A DNA stretch of 64,000 nt. It comes from Felis catus. Its lineage: Eukaryota. The notes below the pieces were generated by a model that saw only the letters and a list, made by a program, of their open reading frames with translations, ran no database searches and was not told the origin of the DNA. The DNA is taken from contig NC_058368.1 in NCBI RefSeq assembly GCF_018350175.1, forward strand, positions 164,054,001 through 164,118,000. Direction: 5' to 3'. Shown one piece after another: positions 48,841-62,000 of the stretch. A program made the position numbers and the translations under genes. Within the stretch, counting starts at the first letter, position 1; every line of letters begins with the position of its first letter.

Positions 48841-51800
48841 ATCACCAGGTCTTATTTCTCTTGACCCTGTTTTACCAACCAAAGTGTGAGGAAAACAGTC
48901 ACACTTGATTATTTTGACAAATGGCACTGTGCACTCTCTTTGCCTGGTTAGGATGAGTTGAGTTTAGTGTTTCCATTGAGGATTGTGGCAGTGACTTGAC
49001 CTTTGTAAGAATAAAAGTAGCACCACTGACATCAGCTCAAATGAAACTAGTTCTCCATAGTCAAGTGAAAAGTTGCTGAACAGTGCCTATTCTAAATGCA
49101 GATTACAGTGAAAGATGACACACAGAAGAATTAAAGTAGCTGTTAATTTTAGATTCTTGGTAGTTTTAGTTACAAGAAAGAATTTAATTAACTTCAGTTT
49201 AGGTAGATCGCAGAAGAGAACATCTGCTTTCTTGATCTAGAGGGAGTTAAAATCAAAGTTTTGAGCCATTAAAATAGAAGGGTTGGGAATCCTGATTGAA
49301 CTTTATAGCAGATGAACAAGTGCAAGTACATAACTTTCCTAAAGCTACATAGATGACTAGCTCGAGTTTTTTTGCATTGGTTTAAAGGCAGAATGGGTTT
49401 ATTATTAATCAAGTTGAAAACCTAAACTTGTTCAGCTTTATATATAAATATCATGTCATTTAAAATTATGAGTAACTTCTTGGAAGACGATTTGAGGAAA
49501 TCAGATTTAATAATTTAGATGACCACGTATATTCAATCATTGAAGTGAACTTTTAATCAATTTATTTTAAATGACAATGCAATTGGGATCCAAGGAAATG
49601 AATCTCGTTTACCACTTGCATTATCCAACTAATTGAAGTCAAATGAGTAAGACTTATGCACTGCCTTTGGTGCTCTGATGTGTATAGTTTTCTGGTTTGA
49701 TTTCTAATCCAGAGAACTCATTGATGTGGCAATATGATGTGCTGAGAGCTCTGCTAGCTAACAGAAAAATGGTACACAATGTATAAGAGACTCCTCTGAA
49801 ATCCAGTTCAATGGAAGATAGTGTTTAGGGCTTCCTGAATGAATTACAGCGTGGTAAGATACTGCTATAAAAGCAGCGAAACCATTAGCATAGACAGTAG
49901 AGATGCTAGGCTGGAATGCTTTTATATGCCAATTTAGTGTTTGTGATTATGCTGCACAGATTCAGTCCTTCATAAACCCATTTCTATGGCAACAGAGAAA
50001 TGTTGAAAGCCCATAGCATATAACTAAGACTTTTGAAAATTCTGACTAATCTAAAGGAATACATTATCTTCTTTTAATGCACAAATTTTGAGAAATTGAA
50101 AATTACTGAATAACACATGAAGCAGAAGATCTGACATCTTATAGTTAAGCCTGCTGAAAGCCTTATTTGATAGCTTATTAAATGCAGCTGGTATATTTAA
50201 AAGTAAGACTAGAGGGGGGAAAAAGAGTTGAGTCTGTGAAATGCTTTAGTCCAAATATGCCTTTAACACATTGGTGATAGTAAGAAAATGCAGCCAACCT
50301 TCCTGCAGCAGTTTACTTTTAGGATTCCTTTACAGTTTTTGAATTGGATATTGTGATATGCGGCACAGAGATTTCAATAACAAATAAATAAACGGTAACC
50401 CATGGAAACTTTTAATAATCTGATAGCCTTGTAAACACTTTCTTCAGAAATTAACTTTGGGGACTTTGACATTTATTTTCTTATAACAAGGGTGAATCGA
50501 TTATTGAATGGTTGAAAGCACACAATGCATATTGATCTGTTCATGCGTAGCCACTTTCTCCCAGTAGGCACCTTGCTGCCTGCAACATATTTTTAAATAG
50601 GATTACTACTCATTAAATTACAATGACCTGCAGCAATGGTCAACGAAAATGAAATTGCCTCGGTTCATCATGGTTTGGAGTACTGCCATGGACTTTCAGT
50701 GTTTTGCTTTCCCTGGTGGAAGTCGACCTGAAGAATGTATATGGATGACTGCTTTGATGTCTAGAATTTAGCTAAGCAAGATCCCAAATTTTGTACCTAT
50801 AACCAAAACTGAAATATGACCAAAGTTTTATATCATAATGACAACTAGTTTTAAGGAATATTTATTAAACTATATATATTTTTAATCAGATATCTGGTAT
50901 TTTGTGTAGCAGTCTATCAGCTACTGATGTCAGAAATTAGAGTTTAGTTTTAGTCCATATCAGAATTCTGTTGAATACAAAAACCTGTTTTCTTAAATGA
51001 AAATAATCATGTTTTGTAATATAGACTATATAAGGCAACATTTTAAAAGACAAGTAATTGTCCTTGATTTATAAACTAAGGGGACTTTTTTCCTTTTGGT
51101 TTTTTTGCTTTTTTTTTTAATGGCAGAGAAAGCATATAGGCAATCACTTTTAAAGAATGTCTCAAGATATTTATTGAAGCATCTAGATTAGATGATCATA
51201 GGAGGTTGGAAGAGGTATAATGTAGACATATTAACATTTTTCCAGAAGGTATGTGTCATTCATGTAGTAATTCTTGACCTTTGGGGAATAAAGGCTGTAC
51301 GTGCCTTGTTACTCTCTTCCTGCCTCTATGTTATTATTCCATTATTTAACCTATATTTACACATTATGGTCTTCCTCATAATTTCTACATTCTTAATTAA
51401 CTTGGTTTTAGTGTACGTATCACATTTTTCTCAGAATCCCAGGGCCTAGCTTATGATAAAAATTTGGGGATCCCTAGCCCTCATTCAGATATAACTCTAT
51501 ATCTGCCAGACCCCCCATTATATACTTTTATGCACTGAGAATTTGTTGTTGGTAGAAAGGTCATGTAATCTCTTCATTTCCTCTGAGAAATTGGGGGCAA
51601 GTCAAAAACTTTGGTGATAAAGTGTCAAGACCATAAGGTCAGTCGCAAGGTCTGAATTTGCTTTTTTTTTTTTTTTTTAATATCATATAGTACAGCTACA
51701 GTTGTACCTCCAGAACCACGTTTGGTTCCACATCTTCTGTCTCTCTGAAGGTCCGGTTATTGTCACATGTCTTGGTTCGGTGTGACTCTGACTCCTGTGT

Positions 51801-51999
51801 CTATTTGAACTATTGGAACTCTTTGGAAACTCAGAGATGTTGTTTTTAAGTTAGGTCCCTGAGGTTCTGGGCTGGGATAGCTACCAGCTGAGAGTTCCTT
51901 GATGCCACACCAGTGACCTTACTGTCTAGGCATGGTCTTAAGTGTTTGCACTTTGTCTCTGTATCATACTATTTCTCTACACTCAGAGTGGGACTGTAA

Positions 52000-52268
52000 T
52001 AGGAACTTTAACACCCCATTGACTATCCTATATAGAGTGACAACCTCTTTGTCCACTGTCTCCAGCATTCCCTATTGTGTTATTTTGGTTTGCTTTCCTT
52101 GATAGCACTTTTCATCTGACACACTATACATCTAATGATACATTTATTTATTGTTGGTTTCCTTCCGTTTGAGCTCCTTGAGAGAAGAGACTTTGTTTAC
52201 TGCGGTTTCTCCTGTGCCTAGATACAAATGCTAAGTAAATATTAGTTCAGTGGCTGACTAAATGCATG
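52000..52268 (+). mobile_element. L2 3' end
   Basis: ttccttgatagcacttttcatctgaca...gagctccttgagagaagagactttgtttactgcggtttctcctgtgcctaga. Confidence 0.7.
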
Positions 52269-53595
52269 AAGGGCAGGGTTTTGAGGGTTAAGAGCCTAAT
52301 CACAGTCTCGTCTCTGCAATTAGTAACAATTCATTGACAATGAGATTTGTGGGTCTTTGAGGAAGATACAAAAATGAGAGACCAAAATGCATTCTTGATT
52401 TTTAGAAAAATGTTATAATTATTTTAGCTTAATAGTTTCATGTTTTACCCATTGGTGCCTTTTGATAATTTAAACCTGCATAAATTTATATTATCTGTGT
52501 TACAAAGAAACAAGAAAAAGTGGAAGGTGAAAACTGATGTCTACCTAAGAATGATGTCCTTTTGGAGAGTAATGTTAGGTAACATAGGTAATAAGTTTCT
52601 AGGTAATAGTTTTTACTTTATTCTGGGTGCTGAACTAAGCTATTCATTTTTATTGTTCAACAGCATAACTACTATTTAGGCATAAATATAGTTGGATTAT
52701 GACCTGGATAATGTAATGTTTGGAAAATTTAGCAGTTCTTTCACCATAATCCCAGTAGAAACTGCCTCCTGGTGTTGGGTCCCATGCAGCCTTTCTGTTG
52801 TGTAAATAAATAACATGACCACTTGTGAAAAAGAACTAACCACAAAAGAGAGATCATTGCTCAATCAGGGTGAATGTAAGTATGGAAATTTAAAATGCAA
52901 CAAAAAATGTCAGCTGTTTAGTAATAGTTGGTCAAATGGAACATTCAGCCTCACTTGAATGATTTTAGATTATGAGTCATCATTTCCTCTCAAAAGTTAA
53001 GTATTGCAACCTTCTGTGAATTTTAGAGTTTAGTAAATAACCACCCCCCCAAAAAAAACAACAAAAAAACCCAGAAAACTAAGCTTGTTGGAGTATAAAA
53101 AGATGTTAACAAATGAAAGTTCACTTGAGGATATGAGCAAATGTGAAGTTCCAGAAAATATCTGGAATTGATGATCTTTCTGTTCTCTATGCTACTCATC
53201 ATTTCCTTCTAGAAATTATGTTGATTCCCTTCTTGGAATTTTTCCCTCCCTGATTTTATTACCCAAATCTTATCCATAATGAGGGTTTTCTTCTCCAGGA
53301 AACCTACCCTGTAAGAATTTACACTGAGAAATCTCTTCTTGTATTAAATCTGGGAGACTTTATATTTATATATCATATTTCTAACATTTAGTTTTTTGAT
53401 TCTTCAGTAGGATTTTCAGTAACTAGGGGGCAAACACCACAGTGGTTTTTCTTCCTCTTCCTTTTTCTCCTTTTCGTCTTTCTTCTCCTTTTTCTTCTTT
53501 CTTCCTTTTTTTCATTTGCTTGCTGGCCCATTGATAGAGTTGATCATGTTTTCTATTTAAGATGCTTGACATAGTTTGGGGAATAGGTGGTACAG

Positions 53596-53750
53596 CTGGA
53601 GTCAAACAGGCTTAGCTTTTAATTAATTTTCTGCCACCTACTAGTTCTTTGATCTTTGGCTAGTTTCTTCTCTTTATTTTTCAGTGGCCACTGTAAAATG
53701 ATATACCTGTTAATGTCATTGTGAAAATTAAACTTGGTAATGTATGCAAC
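53596..53750 (+). mobile_element. MIR fragment
   Basis: ctggagtcaaacagg...tctgccacctactagttctttgatctttggc...ctgtaaaatg. Confidence 0.65.
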
Positions 53751-54816
53751 CTGTTTGACGTAAAGAATGCATCCAGCCGTGTCCTATCTCTTCCTATCTT
53801 TATTTTACTCATTTGACTTTGTGATGATCCTGATTTTTTGTTTGGGTCATAAAAATTTATATGGCAATCCTAAATGAAGATGTTCTGTTTGATCACTGTG
53901 GTGCTACTTAGAAGTATTTGAGAAAGTGAAGATAACAAGAATTATTTAGTGAACTGAATGATCATTTGGGGGCTACTAAATATGGTTCTTTTGTTTCAGT
54001 TTCCTGACTTCTCTTCCTTCCTCCCTCCTTTTATTCCTTACTGCTTACTTTATTTTTCAAAAGCATAACACCTTTATCCAGAGATAAAAAGCAATTTAAA
54101 ACTTTAATATAGTGGTTTATAAAGTGGTATAGGCATATAATTCAATTTTATAACACTTCAGACAAAAAAATAATATTTCATTACTTCAATCCTTCTTTAG
54201 TTTGACAAACAGAAGCAGTATACGCATAATACATTCTTTTGACTGACAAAGTAAATTCTCCAGAAACTCACAACTGTGAATTTGAAACTATACCTGGCTA
54301 TGATTAGGCTATCATTTTAAATTTTTATCTGATTCTTGTGGTTCAACTTGACATTTCTTTCCTACGTTTCCCACTGATGATTTACATTTCTGATGATGTG
54401 TAAAATTAACTTCAATTTTCCTAAATTTAATTTAATTTAATTTTTTGTCCACACTTCTCTTCACTCAGGTTCATTTGTCTAGATTTACTGCCCTTACAAA
54501 ATCTGCAACATCATCCAATTTATCACGAACTGAACACTTAATGTTCTTTCTTCCAAACTATTCCTATTTCTGTTAAAATGAGACGGTTTCATTTTCTGTC
54601 CTTCATTCACTTCCCCGGTGGGCCCTATTTTCATTATTATTTTCCTTTATTTGTAGCCCTTAAAATAGTTTTCATTCTCTATCATAATATTTTTATGAAG
54701 GTCAATTTAAATTTTTGAATATTTTATGGAATTTTGAAAATTTTATGATACATAAAATTTTAACAGAATTGGAATACGTTATGTCTATGGCACTTTATTT
54801 TCTTTCTCAATCTTTC

Positions 54817-54828
54817 TGTGCGCGCGCG

Positions 54829-54876
<48 letters not shown>
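54817..54876. repeat. (CG)n tract followed by (TG)22 microsatellite
   Basis: visible directly in the sequence. Confidence 0.97.
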
Positions 54877-54877
<1 letters not shown>

Positions 54878-55920
54878 TCTCTTATAATGGACCAATGTTG
54901 CTTTGTATTAATTTTTTAGTATATTTTCAATTTTTATTTTGCTTTTTATTTGCTCACTCAAGAATGGAAAAAGTTTGTGAACTAGAAAGTATGGACAGGA
55001 TTAGCCTGGCTATTTGCTTTACTTCACTTTTGGGCAGTATTTTTACTAGCATCTTTCTTGAGAAAAATTTATTTGGTTGATTTTTATAAGTACTTTACCA
55101 TAAGAGAGAAATCCCTATACTTTTGGGACTCTAAAATAACCTTGTGTAATTTAGAAACAGTATTTCTAATTACTGAACTTTTTGTAACTTTGGTGAGATT
55201 TATTTCTAAAGTTTTCTCATATTCATATAAATAGATTATTTAGTGTTTATTATTGATCTCATGACCTAATTTTTCTCTCTGGGTCATTTTTTTTCTTTTT
55301 GTCTGAGGAAAAAGATGCATTTTCAAAATACCTAAGGGCCAGAGTAAATTTATTTCCAGCATTAAAATTTTAGTTGCACCTGCAGTCACATATTTTGGCT
55401 AACCATTTGGAATAATTTTGCCTAAAACAGCTCCTTTTTATTACTTTCTTACTGGCACTTAAAAAAAATACATGTGTTGCCATCTGAAACTGGCATCCCT
55501 CCCTCAGCCTTAATGTATTCACTTAAGAGTAGTTGTAAAATTCCAACTTAAGGTACTTTGGGGTCTGCTCCCTATTCCAGAAATCTCTGCTGGAAAAGAA
55601 AATACCTGGGAGGGGGGTATATGCAGAATTGATTTAAGTATAAAGGTGGTAACTAATGTTAGTCTCACTCTATAAATATATTTGTTATTTTAATTACTGC
55701 ATAGGGATTCTAATTACTAATTCTCTTTGTCATTATTAATTATTTTTTCATGTGGCTTCTTTTGGCATCAATTTAAGGAAATGTTTTCTAAGAAGTAAAG
55801 CACTTTTAGGATATTGTGATCTTTAATAATACATACAGCTATTTATACAGATTTATATTCAGAGATTATTTTGAATTTCTTAATTCCTTGATGTAAATGG
55901 GCCTTTGACGATATATTTAA

Positions 55921-55990
55921 CTTTTTAAAAGCATTTTGATTATGGTTGACACACAATGTTACATTAGTTTCAGGTGTACAACATAGTCAG
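55921..55990 (-). mobile_element. very short carnivore L1 3' tip
   Basis: gttgacacacaatgttacattagtttcaggtgtacaacatagt; degenerate TSD ttgac(ga)tatatttaa. Confidence 0.75.
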
Positions 55991-56724
55991 CACTTGACTA
56001 TATTTAATAAACCTTCTATATTCACTGCTCAGGGCTAATCTTATTCAAAATTTAAAATTAAACCTAATTTTCTTTAAGGCTCCTAACTTCTACTTAAATC
56101 ATTCCCTTTTGAATGTTTAACAGCTTAGTAACCAGGTACTGGGAGTGTCTATTTCTTATATCCAGTAGATCTGGCAAAGACTCCAGATGGTTCCAAAATT
56201 TTCCTCTCTGCAAGAATAAAATTTTCCTGTGTTATCTTTCTTTGATTTCCTGAGCCTGGCCATAATAGATTCTGTTAAATTATATGATCTAATTTATGTT
56301 GCTGTACAAACTATCCAATATGTTTTAAACTTCTGCCCAAATAATTTTTCCTGTATTTTATCAATAGGGAGAACTTCAAAAGGTGTAACTTAACAGTAGA
56401 AGTGGTAAATTTGATCATGTTGATATATATTGTATCTCCCACTTTGTAAGGCATCTTTATCTGCCTATTTTTCCCACAAGTAAAATCAGTTCTGTTGAGT
56501 AGACTTCAGTGTTAGGGGCTCATCTGGGTTAACTGAACCTGATCATGTTTATCTCATGAGATTTTAATTGGTTTGATATAAGTATGATGCATTATGCATT
56601 CAGCCCCAAATTAGTGATAATCTATCTATGGAGAACAATATAGTTATTGTAACTATATTGATTGCATTTCTCACATTTTAATATACTAGCAACTCAATAT
56701 TTCAAAAATTTTAAAATTTAAAAT

Positions 56725-57165
56725 TTAATATATTTTTGAATAGGTAATCATTTACATGGCTCAAGCACTCAAAAACTATAAAATGATAATAAAAGTTTCC
56801 CTAAAACCAATGTTTCTCAGCTACTTGACTTTTCCTCATATAGGCAACCACAGTTATCCTTTCATTTATATCCTTATGAGAATATTGTATGTATATATAA
56901 GTAAGCACATAAATATGCACACATCCTTATTTATCTTATTTAAGCCAAATGGTAGAATATTATAATCATACATATCAGAGATAATTTTTCATATTAGTAC
57001 ATAAAGATGTTAGTTATCCTTTTACTATGGTTGTAATATATAGATATCCCACAGTTTATTTAATCCCCTATTAACAGATTATGTATTTTTTCCCAAACTT
57101 ACTCAAGTACAAACAATTCTGTATTGAATAACTCTGTACATAAATTATTTGTACCCATCTGAGTT
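56725..57165 (-). mobile_element. L1ME-type 3' end
   Basis: tttgaataggtaatcatttacatggctcaa...aggcaaccacagttatc...tttaatcccctatt. Confidence 0.7.
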
Positions 57166-58931
57166 GAATCACATTTGAATTAGGTGAATTAATAGTATTT
57201 GAATCTGATTTAATAATATTTAGTGCTTTGCCTTATTCAGTTTGTGGAAGTTCAGTTTTCCTTTTATTGACTTAAATTTATAAGCATTTCCAATTAAAAC
57301 ATTTTTTGTCACTGAAAATAAAAGGATGTTATACCTTTTTTGTGTGAATTATCTCTTAAAGAATGCAGTATTGAATGATTGATTTTATTAGATTCAAGAA
57401 AAAGGACAACCTATTCAGTGTTGGGTTTTACTTATTCAACTAGTATAGCATGAAAATATGAGAAGTAAAAGGATTTCTAGGATGCTTTTCTGTAGTACGC
57501 CAAAGAATCAATGAAAGGGGATAAACCTGCTTTCCTTCTTATTTCTAAAGCCAATTACAGTATGAATTTGAATCTGGATATGGCAGTTTTTGGTTTTCTT
57601 GCTTCCCAGGCTTGGTGTTTACTATGAGAAAGAAAAGCAGGCACTCATTTGAGGCTGATTACATTATGGATACAGGGACAAAATCATAACATCTCTCTTC
57701 CTATAATCACATTTTCACCTCCTCACGCAGTGCACACCTGTGCCTTGTTGGCAATTGTACTCAATGGGAAGTCACACATCACATAGCTCCAGTAAGGGAG
57801 GAAATTAGTTTCTTGCAATATGTGTCCTTTCAGATGACACTGGGTGTTTCTTACTGTAGGTCTGCAAACTAAATAAATAAAAAGTCAGAAGAGAAACTTT
57901 GAACAGAATTCAATGCAAAGAGCTTCTGGCATGATGGGTACAGATCTCCATGCCATGGGTAATGGAATCATAATGACTTTAGTAAATGCTCATGTCTCAG
58001 TTTATTTAAAATTTAATAGCAATTCAAGGAAGAAAGCTTTAGAATAAAATTATGTATACTAACTTTGCACTTTGCATGAATTTTCAGGCTGGCTCAGCTG
58101 AACAATTAGGATGTGGCAGTGCATTCATTTACCATATGAGTTCAACATTGTCTTCCCCTACCCCACCCCACCCCCTGCCCAGCTCTCACTGGAAATATTT
58201 TGCAGCTGTGTGACTTTCACATTGTAAGAATAAGTCTGAATTTCTCTTGTAAAGCCGAGATAGTTGTTGGAACTTTTAGTTTGCTGGATATTTTTCAGCC
58301 TTCCAAATATTTAATCTTCTTTTCATTTTTATCTTATTACTCTTAGTTACATTCAAGCTCTCTCTCATATCTATGACTTTGTTTTACATATTTTACAATA
58401 CGATACAATCTATCGTATTCTTGGATGTGTTTTGCTACCTACTTAATACAATTAACGTCTGTATATAAAGGGAAATTGGTGCTTTTATGTATTCAATTTG
58501 TCAGCTTGGATTACTCAACAAGCAGATTAGATGTATGATTAGAGTGAAAACAAAGGAGGAAAATTATTGAAAATTTCATTTGAAGTCATGGATATTTCTC
58601 AATGAACATAAAAGTAGTCACAACTAGAAAAATCAGGATTTTGTTGGAATTTCCTACTCTTATTTTATGACCTAATGTTGTTTTTATTTGGAATTATGTC
58701 CAGGAGACCATGAAATGTCTTGTGACCCTTAGGATCTTTAATAATTTTAATCTGATCCTACTCATGCATTCTCTCAACCATTATTTTCTCTTTTTCTGTA
58801 GTCTCTAGATATTAGAAAAGAGAAAGCTATTTTTTTAAAAAAAATTTTTGATTGTCTACCTTACCCTTTTAATGTACAGGCTATTGTGTCCACTGAGCAA
58901 AAAGAGTCATAGTTCCAATCTTGATCTATTT

Positions 58932-59079
58932 TAGGGGCTGACATTGATAGCACATGAACTAAATCCAGTTTGCCACTAATTGCTGTACGGCCTACCTCCT
59001 AAGAAGGGTTTTACATTTTTTAATGGTAGGAAAAAATTGAAAAGATTAATAATATTTCATGATAGATTAAAATTATATG
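58932..59079 (+). mobile_element. MER58B hAT-Charlie element, left part
   Basis: taggggctgac...ggttttacatttttaatgg...aaaattatatg; preceded by TSD atctattt (58924-58931). Confidence 0.85.
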
Positions 59080-62000
59080 GAGTTGGGAGACTTTATTTTC
59101 AAGAAGATGGAGTAAATGAACTTTTAAGTAGTCCTCCTCTTGCTAAATTTATCTAAAAACATTACATTTGAAACAAAAAAAGACCTTGAAAAATAGAAAA
59201 AGACAGACCAGTTAGGGTCCACAGGATCCACACAATAACACTATGATGCTGTGATGAGTTTCTTTTCTTTTCACCTCTTATAGCCTATACTTGGAGCTGA
59301 AGGAACTGGAAATGTCAATGGTCACGCAACAACATCAAAAGCCTCATCTCTGTATCCATACACTAGGAAAGGAACAGCTTAGCAAGACAGAAAATTTTCT
59401 GACAATAACCACTATACTCAGCCAGGCATCACAGAGAAGACTAGTCCAACTCCCAACCCTTCTGACAAAGGCTGAGAATGAAACCCTTGCAAGGCTGTAA
59501 TGAGGCATTCCAAACTCCCTGGTTTTTCTACCAGGGACCATGTGTGGGTCCCTACTTCCATCTCCCTAGTATCTGTGGAAACCATGTGGGGAGTCTAGAC
59601 TCTTATCTAGTAGTAATGAGGTGGGTCTCCACCATCCCACTGTGATTGTGTCAGAGGAGGCTTAGTGGTGATTTGGGACTTTCACCAGTACCCAGGTATG
59701 ATAAGGCCACTCCCTACCAACCCATGGTGTCAGTGGAGGTACTCCTGTTCCACTCAACCAGGATAGTATTTGTGGAGGCCTCATGGGGATACAGAACTCC
59801 CATCCTGCCAGCAGTATCAAGGAGGCCCTTCTGCCCTTGAGAGTGAGTGGATCTCAAGTGAGGAACCTGGATTTCTACCGTCACCTTAAAGTAATAAGGA
59901 GGTAGTACTCCACATTTTTCTTTTGGAGTAGAGGCAGCTAAAAATAGAGGGTTTAAATAACACCCAGAATCTCATAACATAATACTGAATATGCCCTATT
60001 TCCAGTTGAAAATCCCAATTTCAATGAAAAAAAATCAATAGGTACCAATGTCATGATGACAAAAATCTTAGAATTATCTGACAAAGATTTTAAAGCAGCC
60101 TCATAAAAATGCTTTCATGAGAAATTACAAACACAGTTGAAATAAATGAAAATAGTCTCAACAATGAAATCGAAATTCTCATCAAAGAAATAGAAGATAT
60201 AAAGAAAAAAAACAAATGATAATTTTAGGACTAAATATACAATAACTGAGATAAAAACTCAATGAGAGGACTCAACACCAGAATAGAAAGATCAGAGGAA
60301 AGATTCACTGAACTTGAAGATAGAACAATAAAATTTACATAGTCTGAAAAATAAGGGGAAAATTGATTGGGAAAAAAACAACCTCAGGACATGTGGAGTA
60401 TAGCAAAAGATCTAATGCATCATTAGACCCTCTTCAGAAAGGAGAGGAGAAAGAGGGTGGTACTAAAAAGGTATTTGAGAAATAATGGCTAAAATCTTCC
60501 TAAATATGTTAAAAGTCAGCCAAGAAGTTAAGCCCAGAACACGAAGAAATTCACACACACATTATAGTCAAACTTCTGAAAATTAAAGATAAAAAAAGAA
60601 TCTTGAAAGCAATGAGAGAGAAAAGACTACTTACTAATAGGGACAAACAGTTCAAATGACAGTGTATTTCTCATCACAAATCATGTAGGTTAGAAGGAAA
60701 TAGCACACATTTTTCAAACCCTCAAAGAAAAGGGCTATTAATATAGATTTATCTACCTTGTGGAAATATCCTTCCAAATGTTAGGGAAATCAAGACATTT
60801 CCAGGTGAAAGAAAATTAGGATAATTTTTCACCAGCAGATTTACTTGAAAAGTATGACTGAATAACACTCTCTAAACAGAAAAGAAATGGTAAAAGAAAG
60901 ATCTTGGAACGTCAGGAAGAAATAAACAACATGATAAAAGCAAAAGTATGGATGACACTATAAAATTTTCTTCTCCTCTTGAGATTTCTAAATTATGTTT
61001 GGTAATTAAAGCTAACATTATAGTACTGTCTTGATAAAGTTCTACAAATATGTATAGGAAATATTTAAGGCAATTATATTATAAAATAGGCAACTATATT
61101 TATAAATTATAAATTGTATTAATAACTGGTAAAATGTTAACACCAGTAGACTGTGATGAGTTATTTATATTTACTGTAATAGATAGAAGTACTACTATAT
61201 AAACACTGTAAACAGCATACTGAAAAACTGTAGAAAAATCAAAATGGAATTCTAAAAGAATGTTCAAGTAATCCAGAGTAAAACAGGAAAAAGAATGAAC
61301 AAAAAGAAACCAAAAAATAAAATGGCAGACTTAAGCTCTACCATATCAAAAATTACACTAAATATAACTGGTCTAAATATATCAGTTAAGAGAGAGATTT
61401 GCACAGTGGATTTTTAAAAGACACACATATAAAAACTTGACCTTGCTTTTATGCTGTCTACAAAAGCTCGCTTTAAATATAACAAAACAGTTAGGTTGAT
61501 ATTTAAAGATCATGTGAACATTAGTATATTAATAGCATATGTATTAAAATCCTAAATATGTATGCACCAAACAACAGAGCTACAAAGTGTATGAAGCAAA
61601 AACCGATTAACTTAAGGAAGACATAAACAAATTCATAATTATAGTTGGAGACTTTGACACCCTTCTATTAGCTTCCTAGAGTTCTTAACAAAGTACCAGA
61701 AACTTGGTAGTTTAAAATAATAAAAACTTATCTTCTTTCAATTCTGGAAGTCAGAAGTCTCAAAGTGTTGGCAAATTCTTTTTTTCTCCTGGAGTCTCTA
61801 AGGAGAATCTGTTTTATGCATCTCTTTTAGCTTCTGGTAGTTGCCAGAAATTCTTGGCATTCCTTAGCTTATAGAAACATAAATTCAATTTCTGTTTCCA
61901 TTTTCTCATGATCTTGTAGTGTGTGTATCTCTGTGTCTCAAATCTATCTGTCCCTTTCTCTAATAAGGACCCCTGTCATTGAATTGAAGGCCCACCCTAT

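Noticed and set aside
50601..50770. Open frame after an acceptor-like tttttaaatag (DYYSLNYNDLQQW...)
   Set aside because: Weak pyrimidine tract, no good donor before the stop, and no recognisable protein similarity.
58397..58419. Perfect 9-bp hairpin aatacgata-caatc-tatcgtatt
   Set aside because: Too short for a pre-miRNA, and about what chance gives in 64 kb of AT-rich DNA.
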